Shown here piece after piece: positions 41,376 to 52,750 of a DNA stretch of 64,000 nucleotides. The position numbers were made by a program, and so were the translations under genes. Every line of letters begins with the position of its first letter. Positions within the stretch are counted from its first letter, which is position 1. The notes under the pieces were generated by a model, which saw nothing but the letters and a program-made list of their open reading frames with translations, ran no database searches and was not told the DNA's origin. The stretch comes from Candidatus Bathyarchaeota archaeon (GTDB lineage: Archaea > Thermoproteota > Bathyarchaeia > Bathyarchaeales > DTEX01), in assembly GCA_963714275.1 (NCBI GenBank), contig CAVQNT010000005.1:127284-191283 (forward strand), given 5' to 3'.

Positions 41376-41662
41376 GTATAATTATGTGCACGGTCGCTTA
41401 TAAAATAGGCCTTAGAACATTTCATTAATTTGCGGAGAAATTCTAGTTGGATTATTTTGTTTCAGTCTCAGGACAGCCTAAACAAGATCTGTCTCCATCA
41501 CTAACTAGTGAGCTAGCCAACCTATGGCATCCACCAAGGCAACCACTGTTCATATTTCACTATTAGCTAGCTTAGCCAGCCAGAACGTTAGTATAGTTCA
41601 AAGCCTCAATTATGTCCTAATAATAGTTGTTGTAATCTTGGCAGTCACAACAGTCTTTTTTG

Positions 41663-41944
41663 CTAAAAATAAAACAGGGGAATAGAATAATCTGCTAATC
41701 GAATTAGTGAGCTAGCAGATAAATACTCTTTAGTTTTTTTGGCAAATTTTTTTTCCTCTTTTGTGGATTCAAAAATCTCTATGTATCCAATGATTCCAAA
41801 TCGAATAAGGCATGTTATAGCCGTAATTCCTTGGTCTGGTTTATCTTGATAAAGAACCTTTATTAAATTAGGAAGTCCCAGCTTCTCCTCAATTTGTTTT
41901 TCCATCTTGTACTCGAAATCCCGTTTTGTTTTATATAATTTCAT
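41663..41944 (-). CDS. Hypothetical protein, probably truncated at tract 41704-41716
   Basis: GGAGTG upstream; composition changes after the tract. Confidence 0.4.
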   Translation of the reverse strand: MKLYKTKRDFEYKMEKQIEEKLGLPNLIKVLYQDKPDQGITAITCLIRFGIIGYIEIFESTKEEKKFAKKTKEYLSASSLIRLADYSIPLFYF

Positions 41945-42735
41945 TTTTCACTCCCAATCTGAACGTTTGCAGGCATGAAGAATTTAAAGATTTTGAAGCA
42001 CCAGTCCATATGAACTGAGGCTAGCAACAATGTTTGGACTCCTCACAGCCACATTAAAGGGAACTAGCTAGCTTATGCTTTGATAAAAGGAGCTAAATTA
42101 ACAAGACCAATACATCCAGATATTATAAAACTTAATATGCGTCTAAAAAAATCCTTGGTCAGCGAGGAATATTAAAAAATGGTTAATTTAACCCCATACC
42201 TATTGACGCTTTTTTTCGTATTGTCAACGTATCTTGTATTCAAGGTTCTCGTAAAAGAACCCAAAAAGCCGTAAGTAAATCCAAAACCACATTTAGAAAG
42301 ACTAAGCTCAGCTATGGTAAGTCTCAATCGTAATTTAAGACTTGTCAAGAAAATATCTGTGCCGAATAGTCGTTAAAGGAGCACGCGAGATTTATTTCTA
42401 AAATACCATGCAGACAAAACGATGACTACTGCAACCAAGATTAGCCATGAATAAATGTTCCAATTAACTACGATGTAAATAGCAATATGATAATAGAAAT
42501 TGCGACCAGAATTTCATCCTTGGTTAGTTTGCTCATCAAAAGAATCTTATTGAAAACCGTCCTTATATGACTTCTACTCGCTAGCTATAAAGCTAGCTAG
42601 ATGTTCTTGTTTTCTAATATGCTTTTTTTGTTTTGTGTGATATACAGCGCGCGCTATATGTCGCGCAATTTACTGTCCCCTCAATATTCCATTCCACTTG
42701 ATTTATTGTTAAGTGATGATTCCTATAGTCTCCCT

Positions 42736-42760
42736 CTAGCTAGCTGAGTTAGCTCAGCTA
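42736..42760. repeat. 4-bp-periodic junction tract with hairpin (CTAGC-TAGCTGAG-TTAG-CTCAGCTA)
   Basis: 14-nt identity with 20176-20189; upstream edge of the fprA module. Confidence 0.8.
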
Positions 42761-42913
42761 AAATGAATAACCGATTAGCATTCGGTTTTTTTGTTTCTAT
42801 ATGCTCTAACTTTTAAAGTAACTAAGTTTTTAGCTACGATTGCATATTATTGGATAAATAAGAGAGACGTGATAAATATCCTTAGCAAAGGAGTGACTAG
42901 CGGGGTGAATAAA

Positions 42914-44104
42914 ATGCCAAAAGTTGAATTGGTGGAGAATATTTATTGGGTAGGTGCCGTTGACTGGAACGTTAGGAATTTTCATGGATTCACATACTCT
43001 ACACATCGTGGAACAACCTACAATGCCTATCTTATTCTTGACGAAAAAATAGCTCTTATAGACTCAGTCTATAAGCCATTTGCTGGCGAAATGATAGATA
43101 GGATTAAGGAAATTGTGGATCCTGGAAAGATTGATTATGTCATAGCTAACCATGTAGAAACAGATCATTCTGGAGCCATAAGTGACATCTTGAAGCTTGC
43201 GCCAAAGGCGAACGTTCTTGGCACGGCTAAATGTAAAATCGGGTTGCAGAAGCACTATTTTGGAGATTGGAACTTTCAAGTCGTGAAGACTGGCGATGAG
43301 ATTAGCCTCGGCGACAGAACACTAAGATTTATTGAGGCTCCTATGCTGCACTGGCCAGATAGCATGTTCACGTATGTTGAGAAGGATGCTTTGCTTATGC
43401 CTAATGACGCATTCGGGCAACATCTCGCGACATCTTACCGGTTCGATGACATGGTGGATGCGCACATAATCATGGAGGAAGCAGGTAAATACTATGCAAA
43501 CATTTTGTGGCCACTCAGTACGTTAGTTGCGAGAAAGATTGAAGAGCTCGTTAAGCAGAATCTCAGTATAAAGATGATTGCACCAAGTCACGGGATTATT
43601 TGGCGTAAAGATCCTATGAAGATAGTTCAAGCATATCTTCGCTGGGCAAAGGGAGAATCAGAAAAGAGAGTCCTCATTGTCTACGACACAATGTGGGGAA
43701 GCACAGAAAAAATGGCCCATGCCATATTAGAAGGCGTAAGAAGCGAGGGGATTGATATTAAGTCTTTCAGGCTACCTTACTCTGACAGGAGCGATATAAT
43801 CGCGGAACTGCTCGAAACTAAAGGACTACTGTTAGGTTCATCAACCATAAACAATGGTATGCTTCCAACAATTGGACCTTTCTTAACTGATCTAAAGGGT
43901 CTTAGGCCCAAGAATAAAGTAGCTGCAACCTTCGGTTCCTACGGATGGGGAGGAGGATCCATAAGAGATATGGGAGCCATACTCAAAGACGCAGGCATCT
44001 CAATCATTATGCCTGGACTGTCTGTCAACTGGGCACCAACAAAAGAAGAAACCCAAAAGTGCTTTGAATTTGGGAGTGAATTTGCCAATAAGCTTCTACT
44101 CTGA
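42914..44104 (+). CDS. fprA: Flavodiiron protein (FprA/NorV type)
   Basis: GTTYNAYL, HVETDH, HWPD, DAFGQH, PSHG, TMWGST flavodoxin domain. Confidence 0.92.
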   Translation: MPKVELVENIYWVGAVDWNVRNFHGFTYSTHRGTTYNAYLILDEKIALIDSVYKPFAGEMIDRIKEIVDPGKIDYVIANHVETDHSGAISDILKLAPKANVLGTAKCKIGLQKHYFGDWNFQVVKTGDEISLGDRTLRFIEAPMLHWPDSMFTYVEKDALLMPNDAFGQHLATSYRFDDMVDAHIIMEEAGKYYANILWPLSTLVARKIEELVKQNLSIKMIAPSHGIIWRKDPMKIVQAYLRWAKGESEKRVLIVYDTMWGSTEKMAHAILEGVRSEGIDIKSFRLPYSDRSDIIAELLETKGLLLGSSTINNGMLPTIGPFLTDLKGLRPKNKVAATFGSYGWGGGSIRDMGAILKDAGISIIMPGLSVNWAPTKEETQKCFEFGSEFANKLLL

Positions 44105-44170
44105 ACAGAATTTCAGTTCGAATACATATAATTCTTTGAATGAATCGTAAAAGTGATCATTTACATACTA

Positions 44171-44186
44171 ATGGCTAGCTAGCCAT
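44171..44186. repeat. Junction tract, perfect palindrome ATGGCTAGCTAGCCAT
   Basis: Downstream edge of the fprA module. Confidence 0.65.
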
Positions 44187-44350
44187 CTTCTTATCACCAT
44201 ATAATATTTCCATGTAGAGAGATATAAACAGTCATCAAGGAAGAAATGAAAACTTTACAGCAAGACATAGAGATCGATTGACAATATCGCAAATTTTGTA
44301 TGGTGTTGTGAATTAAAAAGTAAGACTAGAGCAATCGGGTTGGTGAAGTT

Positions 44351-44879
44351 ATGGTGAATTCTGTTCTTGAGGCCATTAGAAAGAGAAGAAGTGTGATAAG
44401 ATTCGAAAGCACAACCGTTCCAGATGAACAGATCCAAGAAATTTTGGATGCTGGAAGATGGGCTCCATCTTGGCTTAACAATCAACCTTGGAGGTTCATA
44501 TTAATAAAAGATAAAGAGATTAAAGAAAAAATCAGTGACCTTGCCCCAACAATCTTTAAACTAGGAATGAGGGAGGTACCTATTTGCATTGCAGTATGCG
44601 TCAATCCTGAAGAGATCCATACCATTTTGTAGAAGACGGTGCAGCTGCCACACAAAACATGGCATTAGTGCGCACAGTCTGGGATTGGGATCAAGCTGGA
44701 TTGGAATCTTCAACCTGAAAAACGAAGGAAAATCTGCTGAAAACAGAATAAAAGATATCTTGAATATACCTAAAAGTTGGAGAATAATCTCAATCATGCC
44801 TATCGGAGTTTCCAAATACTCTGAAGAAAAGGAAAGAAAGAAGATATCCGATTTAGTTTATCATAACAGTGTCAAGTAA
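44351..44879 (+). CDS. Nitroreductase family protein (frameshifted)
   Basis: RRSVIRF, APSW.N.QPW, GLGSSWIG. Confidence 0.88.
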
Positions 44880-44914
44880 TTCTATGGTTGAGAAAAGAAA
44901 CATAGTAAGGGAAT

Positions 44915-45031
44915 TTAAGCATCTTCTCTGCTCTCTCTGGCTCCTGTGAAGAGCAAACGAGTGACTATATTAACGACACTGCGGTTTACCTTTTCTATCA
45001 CTTCAACAACATTTTCCTCGTTCATTTTCAT
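44915..45031 (-). pseudogene. N-terminal fragment resembling an HtrA/trypsin-like protease
   Basis: EENVVEVIEKVNRSVVNI; similarity ends at mini-tract 44958-44968. Confidence 0.45.
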
Positions 45032-45135
45032 ATTTCATCAGATTGTTATGATACGGTTATGAGGTCTCCCCAGTGCTTTAGGGATTACGAAAATATATAA
45101 TACGGTCTTTGATCAAATATAATTGAAGTGCAAGC

Positions 45136-45282
45136 ATGGAAACAAAGCTGTATGTTTTACCGCAACTTCCGTATGGGTACAAGGATTTAGAGCCAAACAT
45201 GTCTGAAATGCAGCTAACACTACACCACGCGAAGCATCATCAAGCATACGTTAAATATACAAACGCGATACTAGTGAGCTAG
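45136..45282 (+). pseudogene. sod: Fe/Mn superoxide dismutase, N-terminal 45 codons only
   Basis: [31 protein letters not shown], then CTAGTGAGCTAG gives the stop. Confidence 0.88.
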
Positions 45283-45289
45283 TGAGCTA
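45271..45289. repeat. 4-bp-periodic junction tract (CTAGTGAGCTAGTGAGCTA)
   Basis: Exactly at the SOD breakpoint; 8-mer CTAGTGAG duplicated. Confidence 0.8.
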
Positions 45290-45314
45290 TAATATATTGA
45301 TGGGTGTGAGGGAA

Positions 45315-46434
45315 ATGAGGTTAATTGTTATTGGCGGGGGATATGGAGGTACAGAAGTTGTAAGGCAATTATTATTACGAGGAATGAGGGATATTGAGGT
45401 TGAATTAATTTCTAACAAACAGAACTTTGAAAACGTAATAGGCGGATTAGAGATCATAAGTGAAAAAATTAAAGTCGAAGAACTGAAATATGATCTAAAG
45501 GAACTTTCCAATTATTGGAACTTTGGATTAACAGTAGGCAACATAGAAAGCATTGATCTGAATGAGAAAATAGTGAAAGTAGACAACAAAGAAAAAGATT
45601 ATGACATCTTAGTCATAGCAGCAGGTGCAGAGCCAAATTTTTTTAATATTAGCGGAGCAAACCAAGCACTATGCGCCTATCACTTAGGCGATAATGAGAC
45701 TATAAATGAAAGACTAAAGCAGTCTGTCTCTAGACAATCCAAACGTAGTAATAGTTGGAGCTGGCTGTGTAGGTCTTGAGGCAGCAGCTGAAACGCTTGA
45801 TCTTTACAAGGCTATGAATAAGAAAGTAAGGGTTACAATCATTGAGAAAATGAAAACATTAACCCCAACATACTATAATGAAGTGGCCCAAAAAATTGCA
45901 TTTGAGCATTTTACTTCGCGAGGAGTAAATATCATATTTGGTAAAGGCGTGAAGCAGATAGAAAAGGATAAGATAGTTTTTGAAGATGGAAGCAGCGTTG
46001 ACACTAACTTAACAATCTGGACAGCTGGAATTAAAAGTTCTGAAGTCGCATCTAAAATTGTTGGTGCAGAGTTATTCAAAGGATATGTTGAAGTTGACGA
46101 GAGGCTCCTAATTGAAGGAAGAGAAGATTCATTTGCATTAGGGGATATCTCTTATGTTAAAAATGGTGGAAAAGAGGCTGCAAAGATGGCTGGTGAAGCC
46201 TTGGAGCAAGCGAAGACTGCTGTTAAGAATATTAGTTTAATTACTAACGGGAAAAAACCAAGCGTTAATCATACTATAAATTATACAACAGATTTTCCAA
46301 AGGTTCTTCTCTCAGTTGGGGAAGGAAAAGTTATGTTAATAATCGGTCCACAATATGTGAGTATCGGGGCGACGGAATATTTCTTTAAGAAGAGAATAGA
46401 TGTCGACGAGATTATGGGCCGATTTCCACAATAG
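45315..46434 (+). CDS. FAD-dependent oxidoreductase, NDH-2/SQR family (frameshifted)
   Basis: IGGGYGG, YDILVIAAGA, VGAG.VG.E, WTAG, FALGD. Confidence 0.8.
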
Positions 46435-46516
46435 ATTATATCGACCCTTAGAACTATCCATTGTAGAAAGGTTAATATTTTGATACTTCTTCAACTCTAT
46501 AAATCGAGGTGAGATT

Positions 46517-46831
46517 TTGCCTATAGACCCTGATTTCCAGAAAAAAAGGAAAGACGAAGGTAAGCATCAAGGTCATAACGTCTGGGGACCTGTAGAAACC
46601 CCAAAAAAACTTGGAATTCATGGAACCAATGTTGCAGTTGATTGGGATATTTGCGAGGGAGACGGTATTTGTATAGAAGTCTGCCCTGTAACCCTATTTG
46701 AGTGGGCGGATACTCCTGGGCATCCAACCTCTGAAAAGAAATCCGACCCAGCTAGAGAACAAGACTGCATACAATGTCTCGCGTGCGAAACTCAATGTCC
46801 TGTCAAAGCGATAAAAATAACCCCTCCTTGA
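46517..46831 (+). CDS. zfx: Zinc-containing 7Fe ferredoxin
   Basis: IDP.F, H.GH.VWGP...LGIHGT Zn ligands, CEGDGIC, CIQCLACETQCP. Confidence 0.88.
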   Translation: MPIDPDFQKKRKDEGKHQGHNVWGPVETPKKLGIHGTNVAVDWDICEGDGICIEVCPVTLFEWADTPGHPTSEKKSDPAREQDCIQCLACETQCPVKAIKITPP

Positions 46832-46874
46832 CTGGTTTAGAATAATACGAATAATGCAAATTAACTCATACAGA

Positions 46875-46985
46875 AAGTGCGCTAAAGTCTGCCCTGTTAA
46901 CGCGATTTATATTGAAGGTGAACTGCTCTCCGAGGCTAAGGATAGAGAAATAGCTGAATTCGTTCTTGAAAGGAGACTTCGATGA
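46875..46985 (+). pseudogene. C-terminal remnant of a HoxU-like Fe-S subunit
   Basis: KCAKVCPVNAIY..G...; stop abuts the hoxY ATG. Confidence 0.55.
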
Positions 46986-47528
46986 ATGGATAAACCGAAA
47001 AAGATTAATCTGGCAACAATTTGGCTTGCCGGTTGTTCAGGATGTCACATGTCATTTCTAGATCAAGATGAAAAACCTATAGAGATGGCGAATAAAATTG
47101 AACTGGTTTACAGCCCCCTTACAGACATCAAAACTTTCCCAGAAAATATCGATATAACCCTCGTCGAAGGTGCTGTAGGAAACGAGGAGCAGTTGGGTTT
47201 GCTTAAACAGGCGAGGACGCGTACTAAAATTCTAGTCTCACTAGGTGACTGTGCTGTCACAGGAAATGTCACCGCTTTAAGAAATGCGTGGGATAACAGT
47301 GACAAAGTCGTCCTCGAAAGAGCATACGTAGAAAACGTTGATGTAAATCCGCAGATTCCCACAGACATCCCAAAACTGCTAAAGCAAGCCTTTCCACTGC
47401 ATGAAATAGTCAAAGTGGATTATTACATTCCAGGATGTCCTCCATCAGCAGACCTTATAAATTATGTCTTAACAGAACTATTATCTGGAAGGACGCCTAA
47501 TATGGAGAGCAAGTCCAAATATGGCTGA
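46986..47528 (+). CDS. hoxY: Group 3 [NiFe]-hydrogenase small subunit
   Basis: WLAGCSGCHMSFLD, VEGAV, LGDCAVTGNV, PGCPP. Confidence 0.85.
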   Translation: MDKPKKINLATIWLAGCSGCHMSFLDQDEKPIEMANKIELVYSPLTDIKTFPENIDITLVEGAVGNEEQLGLLKQARTRTKILVSLGDCAVTGNVTALRNAWDNSDKVVLERAYVENVDVNPQIPTDIPKLLKQAFPLHEIVKVDYYIPGCPPSADLINYVLTELLSGRTPNMESKSKYG

Positions 47529-47694
47529 ATTAGACTTTAGAACTACTATATCTTAAAAAAAACAGCACGGATCTATTATATCTGTATGATTCTTTTGGAG
47601 AAGCCAAGAGGGCTAGTGAGTGAACTGTACCAGTTAAGCTTCAAAAATAATAGAAGTATAAGTTAATACAATAATATGCCTAAAAGAATCCATG

Positions 47695-47958
47695 TTATTG
47701 CTTGAATTCTTCTACGAATTTCTGCGCTAAGTATTCGTGTTCTCTGCTTTCTACTGTAACTTCAAAAGTATCGTCTTCTTGAGAGAGGGATACCATGACA
47801 TAGTCTGTATACATCTCGCCAAAGATTACACAACAAGAACCACGATCAGTCCTTTTCAAACCCGTGTTCTTTTCGAAGAACTGAACAGCCTTATCCAAAA
47901 TCTCCTTCTGACCTTTCTTAGTCTTAAATGAAAGTTTTATCATAATCCACACAACCAC
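47695..47958 (-). CDS. Hypothetical protein
   Basis: 87-aa ORF ending ESREHEY. Confidence 0.55.
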   Translation of the reverse strand: MVVWIMIKLSFKTKKGQKEILDKAVQFFEKNTGLKRTDRGSCCVIFGEMYTDYVMVSLSQEDDTFEVTVESREHEYLAQKFVEEFKQ

Positions 47959-48115
47959 ATAAAAAATACATAGACTTCCATATAAAAGTCTGCTAAGAGA
48001 ATAGTGTAAATAATGTATCTTGGTCGAAAGCCATATTATAAAATGAAAAAAAGTATAAAATAATCAGGCACACAGTAATATTTTAAGGTAAATCGCTTCG
48101 TTTCCCTCTCTCAGC

Positions 48116-48703
48116 TTACTTCTTGCCATGAAATAATTCGCTGCCTGCACCAGGATAGATTACTCTCTTCGATTTAGGAGTAGGTTTAGTGACTTTTGGC
48201 CACTTGTCCAGAAGCGGTTCTGATCCTTCAAGGGTTACCTTTGAGGGACTGACATCTGCAATTGTAGGAGTTCTTCGCACGTCTTTGCCTTCAACATTGA
48301 CACTGAACTCAATAGGGATCCCATTAGGATCAAAGGCATAAATTGAATGTATGAATCCATGGTCAATAACGTCTGAAACATCAAAACCAGCTGCTTCAAG
48401 TCTGTCTTTCAACTCCCACAGTTCGTTTTCAGTTTCCACCCCAAATGAAACGTGATCAAAGATAAAAGATCCTTTCACAGGTCTTCCATGGTCCTTTCTT
48501 GGCACAGGCTTCACTCCTGGCCACTCAAAAAATGCTACCAGGTCTTTCTCCGACAGCTGGAAAAAGAAGTGTCTGTAGCCAGGTCCACCTAGACCTGCCA
48601 CCAACCTCATACCTAAGAGGTCCCTCCAGAAACGAATAGTGCTGTCCATGTTGCCTGTTGCCATAGCAAGGTGATTAACGCCAATATATTTTACCACAAT
48701 CAT
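48116..48703 (-). CDS. VOC/glyoxalase family protein
   Basis: GVNHLA, DHVSF, SIYAFDPNGIPIE. Confidence 0.88.
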   Translation of the reverse strand: MIVVKYIGVNHLAMATGNMDSTIRFWRDLLGMRLVAGLGGPGYRHFFFQLSEKDLVAFFEWPGVKPVPRKDHGRPVKGSFIFDHVSFGVETENELWELKDRLEAAGFDVSDVIDHGFIHSIYAFDPNGIPIEFSVNVEGKDVRRTPTIADVSPSKVTLEGSEPLLDKWPKVTKPTPKSKRVIYPGAGSELFHGKK

Positions 48704-49015
48704 ACCTCATTATCTATAGGTCTCAAGAGGCTATTAAGAAATTTTGTTCGGTTATGATGCAAAATATTCATCGAAACAGTTTTCATTAAAATGCACGAGT
48801 CTAAGCATGCATAAAGGTTGGGACATACATCTTCTCAGAACACATTAATGGAACCAGAACAAGTATTTCTCAACCCTTGCCGATCCTGTGATTTTTCGTG
48901 ACTCTCGATCCATTCGATTTTTTAGATTTCTTAGTAATCAAAAGAAAACAACATCAAGGGTTATTTGCCAAACAAGCGGTTACATTATAAGTAGGCTTCC
49001 CATAATCAAATGCCT

Positions 49016-50030
49016 TTACCATACTCCATTTATCTTTTCACTGCAATTCGGGCATTTTGAGTCTTTAATTTTGTACTGGGTTATCTCGTAGCCCTGCCGT
49101 TCGATCAATAGTTCCCCACATTTATTGCAATATGTGTTTTCCCCTTCTCCAGGTATGTTGCCTTGATAAATATACTTCAATCCTACTTTTCGTCCTATTT
49201 CCCTAGCATTTTCCAAGGTTTCTACAGATGTTGATGGCAAATCTAGTAGTCTATAGGCTGGAAAGAAGCTAGAAACATGCCATGGGATTCCAGCATCAAG
49301 CCTTTGAATGAATTCGAGCTATCTTCCTAAAGTTGTCTTTAGAATCATTCATAGTCGGAATGACGAGAGTTACAATCTCAATCCAAATTCCAAGTTTCTT
49401 ATATAGCCTTATCGAGTTTAGAACAGGATCCAAACGCGCCCCGCAGACTTTTTGGTAAAAATCATCACTTAAACTTTTTAGGTCAATGTGTGCTGCATCC
49501 AGATAGGGTGCCATAGTCCTTAGAGCCTCTTCAGTAATATATCCATTTGTTACAAAAATGTTTTTGATGCCTTCTTTTCGGGCGAGCTTAGCGATATCAT
49601 AGGCATACTCAAAGAAAATTGTTGGTTCTGTATAAGTGTATGCTATGCTTTCACATCGGTAACATTTCGCAGCTTCAACAACCTCTTCAGGTGTCATAAC
49701 ATCACCAAATACTGTTTTTTGAGGCTTGGGCATCTGAGAGATATCGTAGTTCTGACAGTTCAAACATCGAAAATTACACCCGACCGTGGCTATCGAGTAA
49801 GCTTTTAATCCCGGAAGGAAATGGAACAATGGCTTTTTCTCGACAGGATCAACGTTATGAGCTATCAGTTTGCCATAAACCAACGAATATAATGTTCCAT
49901 TTATGTTCTCCCGGACTCCACAAATTCCTCTTTTACCTGAGATAATTCGACAATGATGACTACATAAGTGACAGTGAACAATGCTTCCATCAAGTTTCTC
50001 GTAGAACAATGCTTCTTTTTTATTCTCCAA
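49016..50030 (-). CDS. amrS: AmmeMemoRadiSam system radical SAM enzyme (frameshifted)
   Basis: CHLCSHHC, DPVEKKPLFHF, CNFRCLNCQN, AYTYTEPT, C-terminal C..C...C..C. Confidence 0.88.
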
Positions 50031-50194
50031 ATTTTAATTCTCCCATGATAAAGTTGCAGATTCTATGTTAAATATTCATGAAGGGACAACCTAATCATAA
50101 TCAATGATATATTATAAACACTCCGTGATGCAGTACATTGCAAATAGGGTCTCACTAAATATTTTAACTAATGAATGTAATATATTATTAAATC

Positions 50195-50716
50195 ATGAAC
50201 AGACCGATAATGATTCTCGGTTTTGCTGGTAGTTTAAGAAAGAACTCTTACAATAAGGCATTATTACATGCTGCTGTGGAGTTGGTACCGAGAGATGCAA
50301 AACTTGAGATCTTTGACATCGAAGGAATTTCACCATTTAATCAAGATTTAGAAACCAAAATGCCGGAAAAAGTCCAGAAATTCAAGGCGAGTATTAAGGC
50401 AGCAGATGCCATTTTGATTGCCACACCAGAATATAACTACTCGATTCCAGGTGTTCTAAAAAACGCGATTGATTGGGCTTCAAGGCCTTATGGAGACAAT
50501 TCTTTTGAAGGAAAACCTGTTACTGTGATGAGTGCATCTACAGGAACGCTTGGAGGTGCGAGAGCACAATATCATCTTAGGCAAATTTTCGTTTTTCTCA
50601 ACATGTATCCTGTCAATAGGCCAGAGGTCATTGTAACCTTTGCCTCCCAGAAAATTGATGAAGAAGGTAGATTGATTGACGAAACAACAAGAAAATTAAT
50701 TAGGGGAATTACTTAA
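50195..50716 (+). CDS. NAD(P)H-dependent FMN reductase (ChrR/YieF type)
   Basis: GSLRKNSYN, TPEYNYSIPGVLKNAIDW, GGARAQ. Confidence 0.9.
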   Translation: MNRPIMILGFAGSLRKNSYNKALLHAAVELVPRDAKLEIFDIEGISPFNQDLETKMPEKVQKFKASIKAADAILIATPEYNYSIPGVLKNAIDWASRPYGDNSFEGKPVTVMSASTGTLGGARAQYHLRQIFVFLNMYPVNRPEVIVTFASQKIDEEGRLIDETTRKLIRGIT

Positions 50717-50989
50717 GAACCTAGTCGCTTGAACTCAAAGATTAAGCAAGTAGTGAGTCAGACTCTTTCTGAGTCGAGCAATTGACCAAGATATTATCGG
50801 CTTGTGTGCTAGCCTTAGGCAGATGTGTAACATTCTATGGCGATTTAAAGTAATAGTAGCTAGCTTATGGCAGTATCAATATTTAGTTTTCAGGATAGAT
50901 TATTTTCGTTGATGGGGAATGGACTACGTTATAAGTATAATCTGGTTACAATCGGTATTTAAAAGACCCGCGTGTTGAGGTGAACGATT

Positions 50990-52668
50990 ATGTCTAAGGT
51001 AATAGATGAAAAAACAAGGATAGAACTTCAACGAATCCTAAAGAATCTCGTCTTTCAGTGTGAAATTGGTGTTTTTTACTCAGCAGAATGCTTGTCCTAT
51101 GTGCATGCAGCAACTTGAACTATTGAAGGAATTAGCCTCGTTGTCAGACAAACTTGAGCTTATAGTCTACGATTTTATAATGCATGGTGATGAAGCCAGA
51201 AACTATAGGATAGATAAGATTCCAGCATTGGCGGTTGTTGGGAAGAAGGATTATGGAATTCGATTTTATGGTCTTACTGCTGGCTATGAATTTACATCAC
51301 TCTTAGAAGCCATTACCATGGTATCCACTGAACGTTCAGGCTTAGATACGCAAATAGAAGCATTGGTAGGCAGTATCAAGGAACAAGTTCACATGCAGGT
51401 AATGGTAACGTTAACCTGTCCCTACTGTCCCAGGATGGTGCATATTGCCCATCAGTTTGCCTTCGTTAACGATAACATACGTGCTGATATGGTAGAGACA
51501 TCGGAATTTCCTCATCTTGTTCAAAGATATGGTGTATCTGGCGTTCCGAAGACTATTATCAACGAAATATATTCTTTTGAAGGTGCCTTACCGGAAGCAG
51601 CTGTATATCTAGAGATTTTAAAAGCGGTCAATCCTGAAGAATACAGGCGTGTCGAGGAAGCTATCCATGAAGCTCAAGGCGTACGCAAGGTGAAATTGGC
51701 AGAAGAAGAGCATATTTATGAGATAGCAATCGTTGGAGGGGGACCAGCCGCAATGTCTGCAGCTATCTATTCAACTCGTAAGGGACTGGACGTTGCTCTT
51801 ATAGCAAAGAAGTTGGGAGGGCAGATCACCTACACAGCCAGCATCGAGAACTATCTTGGTTTGCCTGCTGTCAGCGGAACTGATATGACCGAAATGTTCC
51901 GCAATCATCTAGAAAGATTCTCTATCGCAGAATACTCTTGGTTCAAACATTGTACAAGTAAAAAAAGAAGACAGTGGTTTCAATTTAGTTACGGACGACA
52001 ATCATCATTTTAGAGCATTATCAGTAATCTATTGTGCAGGAAAAGAATATCAGCGACTTGGAGTAGCTGGGGAAGAGCAGTTCATTGGAAAGGGTATAGG
52101 TTTCTGTGCAACATGTGACGCCCCACTCTACCAAAACAAGCGGGTGGCTGTTGTTGGAGGCGGTAACTCAGCCTTTACCGCTGTACATGATCTCCTTGGT
52201 TTCGCCTCAGAAGTTCACTTGATTCATCGGAAGAAAGACTTCACAGCTGATAGTGCGCTGGTTCAAGAGATCCTGAAGGCAAAGAATGTTACTTTTCATA
52301 CTCTGATAATTGTTCGGTCTTTCTTGGGGACAGATAAATTGACTGGCGTAAGACTCGAATCCGTTGATGGGATGGACAGGTTTGACCTTAATGTAGATGG
52401 AGTTTTCCTGGAGATTGGTCTGACACCAAATTCGGATCCATTAAAGGGACTGATTGAGCTTAATGAGGTGGGTGAAGTTTCTGTGAAAAAGGACCAGTCT
52501 ACAAGCGTGAAAGGTTTGTTCGCTGCAGGAGATGTTACTGACGTCGAAGAGAAGCAGATATCTATTGCTGTTGGTCAAGGCGCCTTGGCTGCCCTCACGG
52601 CACACAAATATATTGTTCAGAATAAACTTTCAAAAAGTAAAAATGGTCTAACAAAGTCTTGGCAGTAG
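50990..52668 (+). CDS. Protein-disulfide oxidoreductase fused to thioredoxin reductase (AhpF-like), frameshifted
   Basis: CPMC and CPYC thioredoxin folds in frame with GGGPAA; CATCD; GGGNSA; AAGDVT. Confidence 0.85.
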
Positions 52669-52750
52669 TTGACAACTTAGTCCAGAAAATAATCGATCGA
52701 TATAAAAAAAGGGAAGCCTAATTTCACTATGCAATAAAGAGGAAGAAAAA

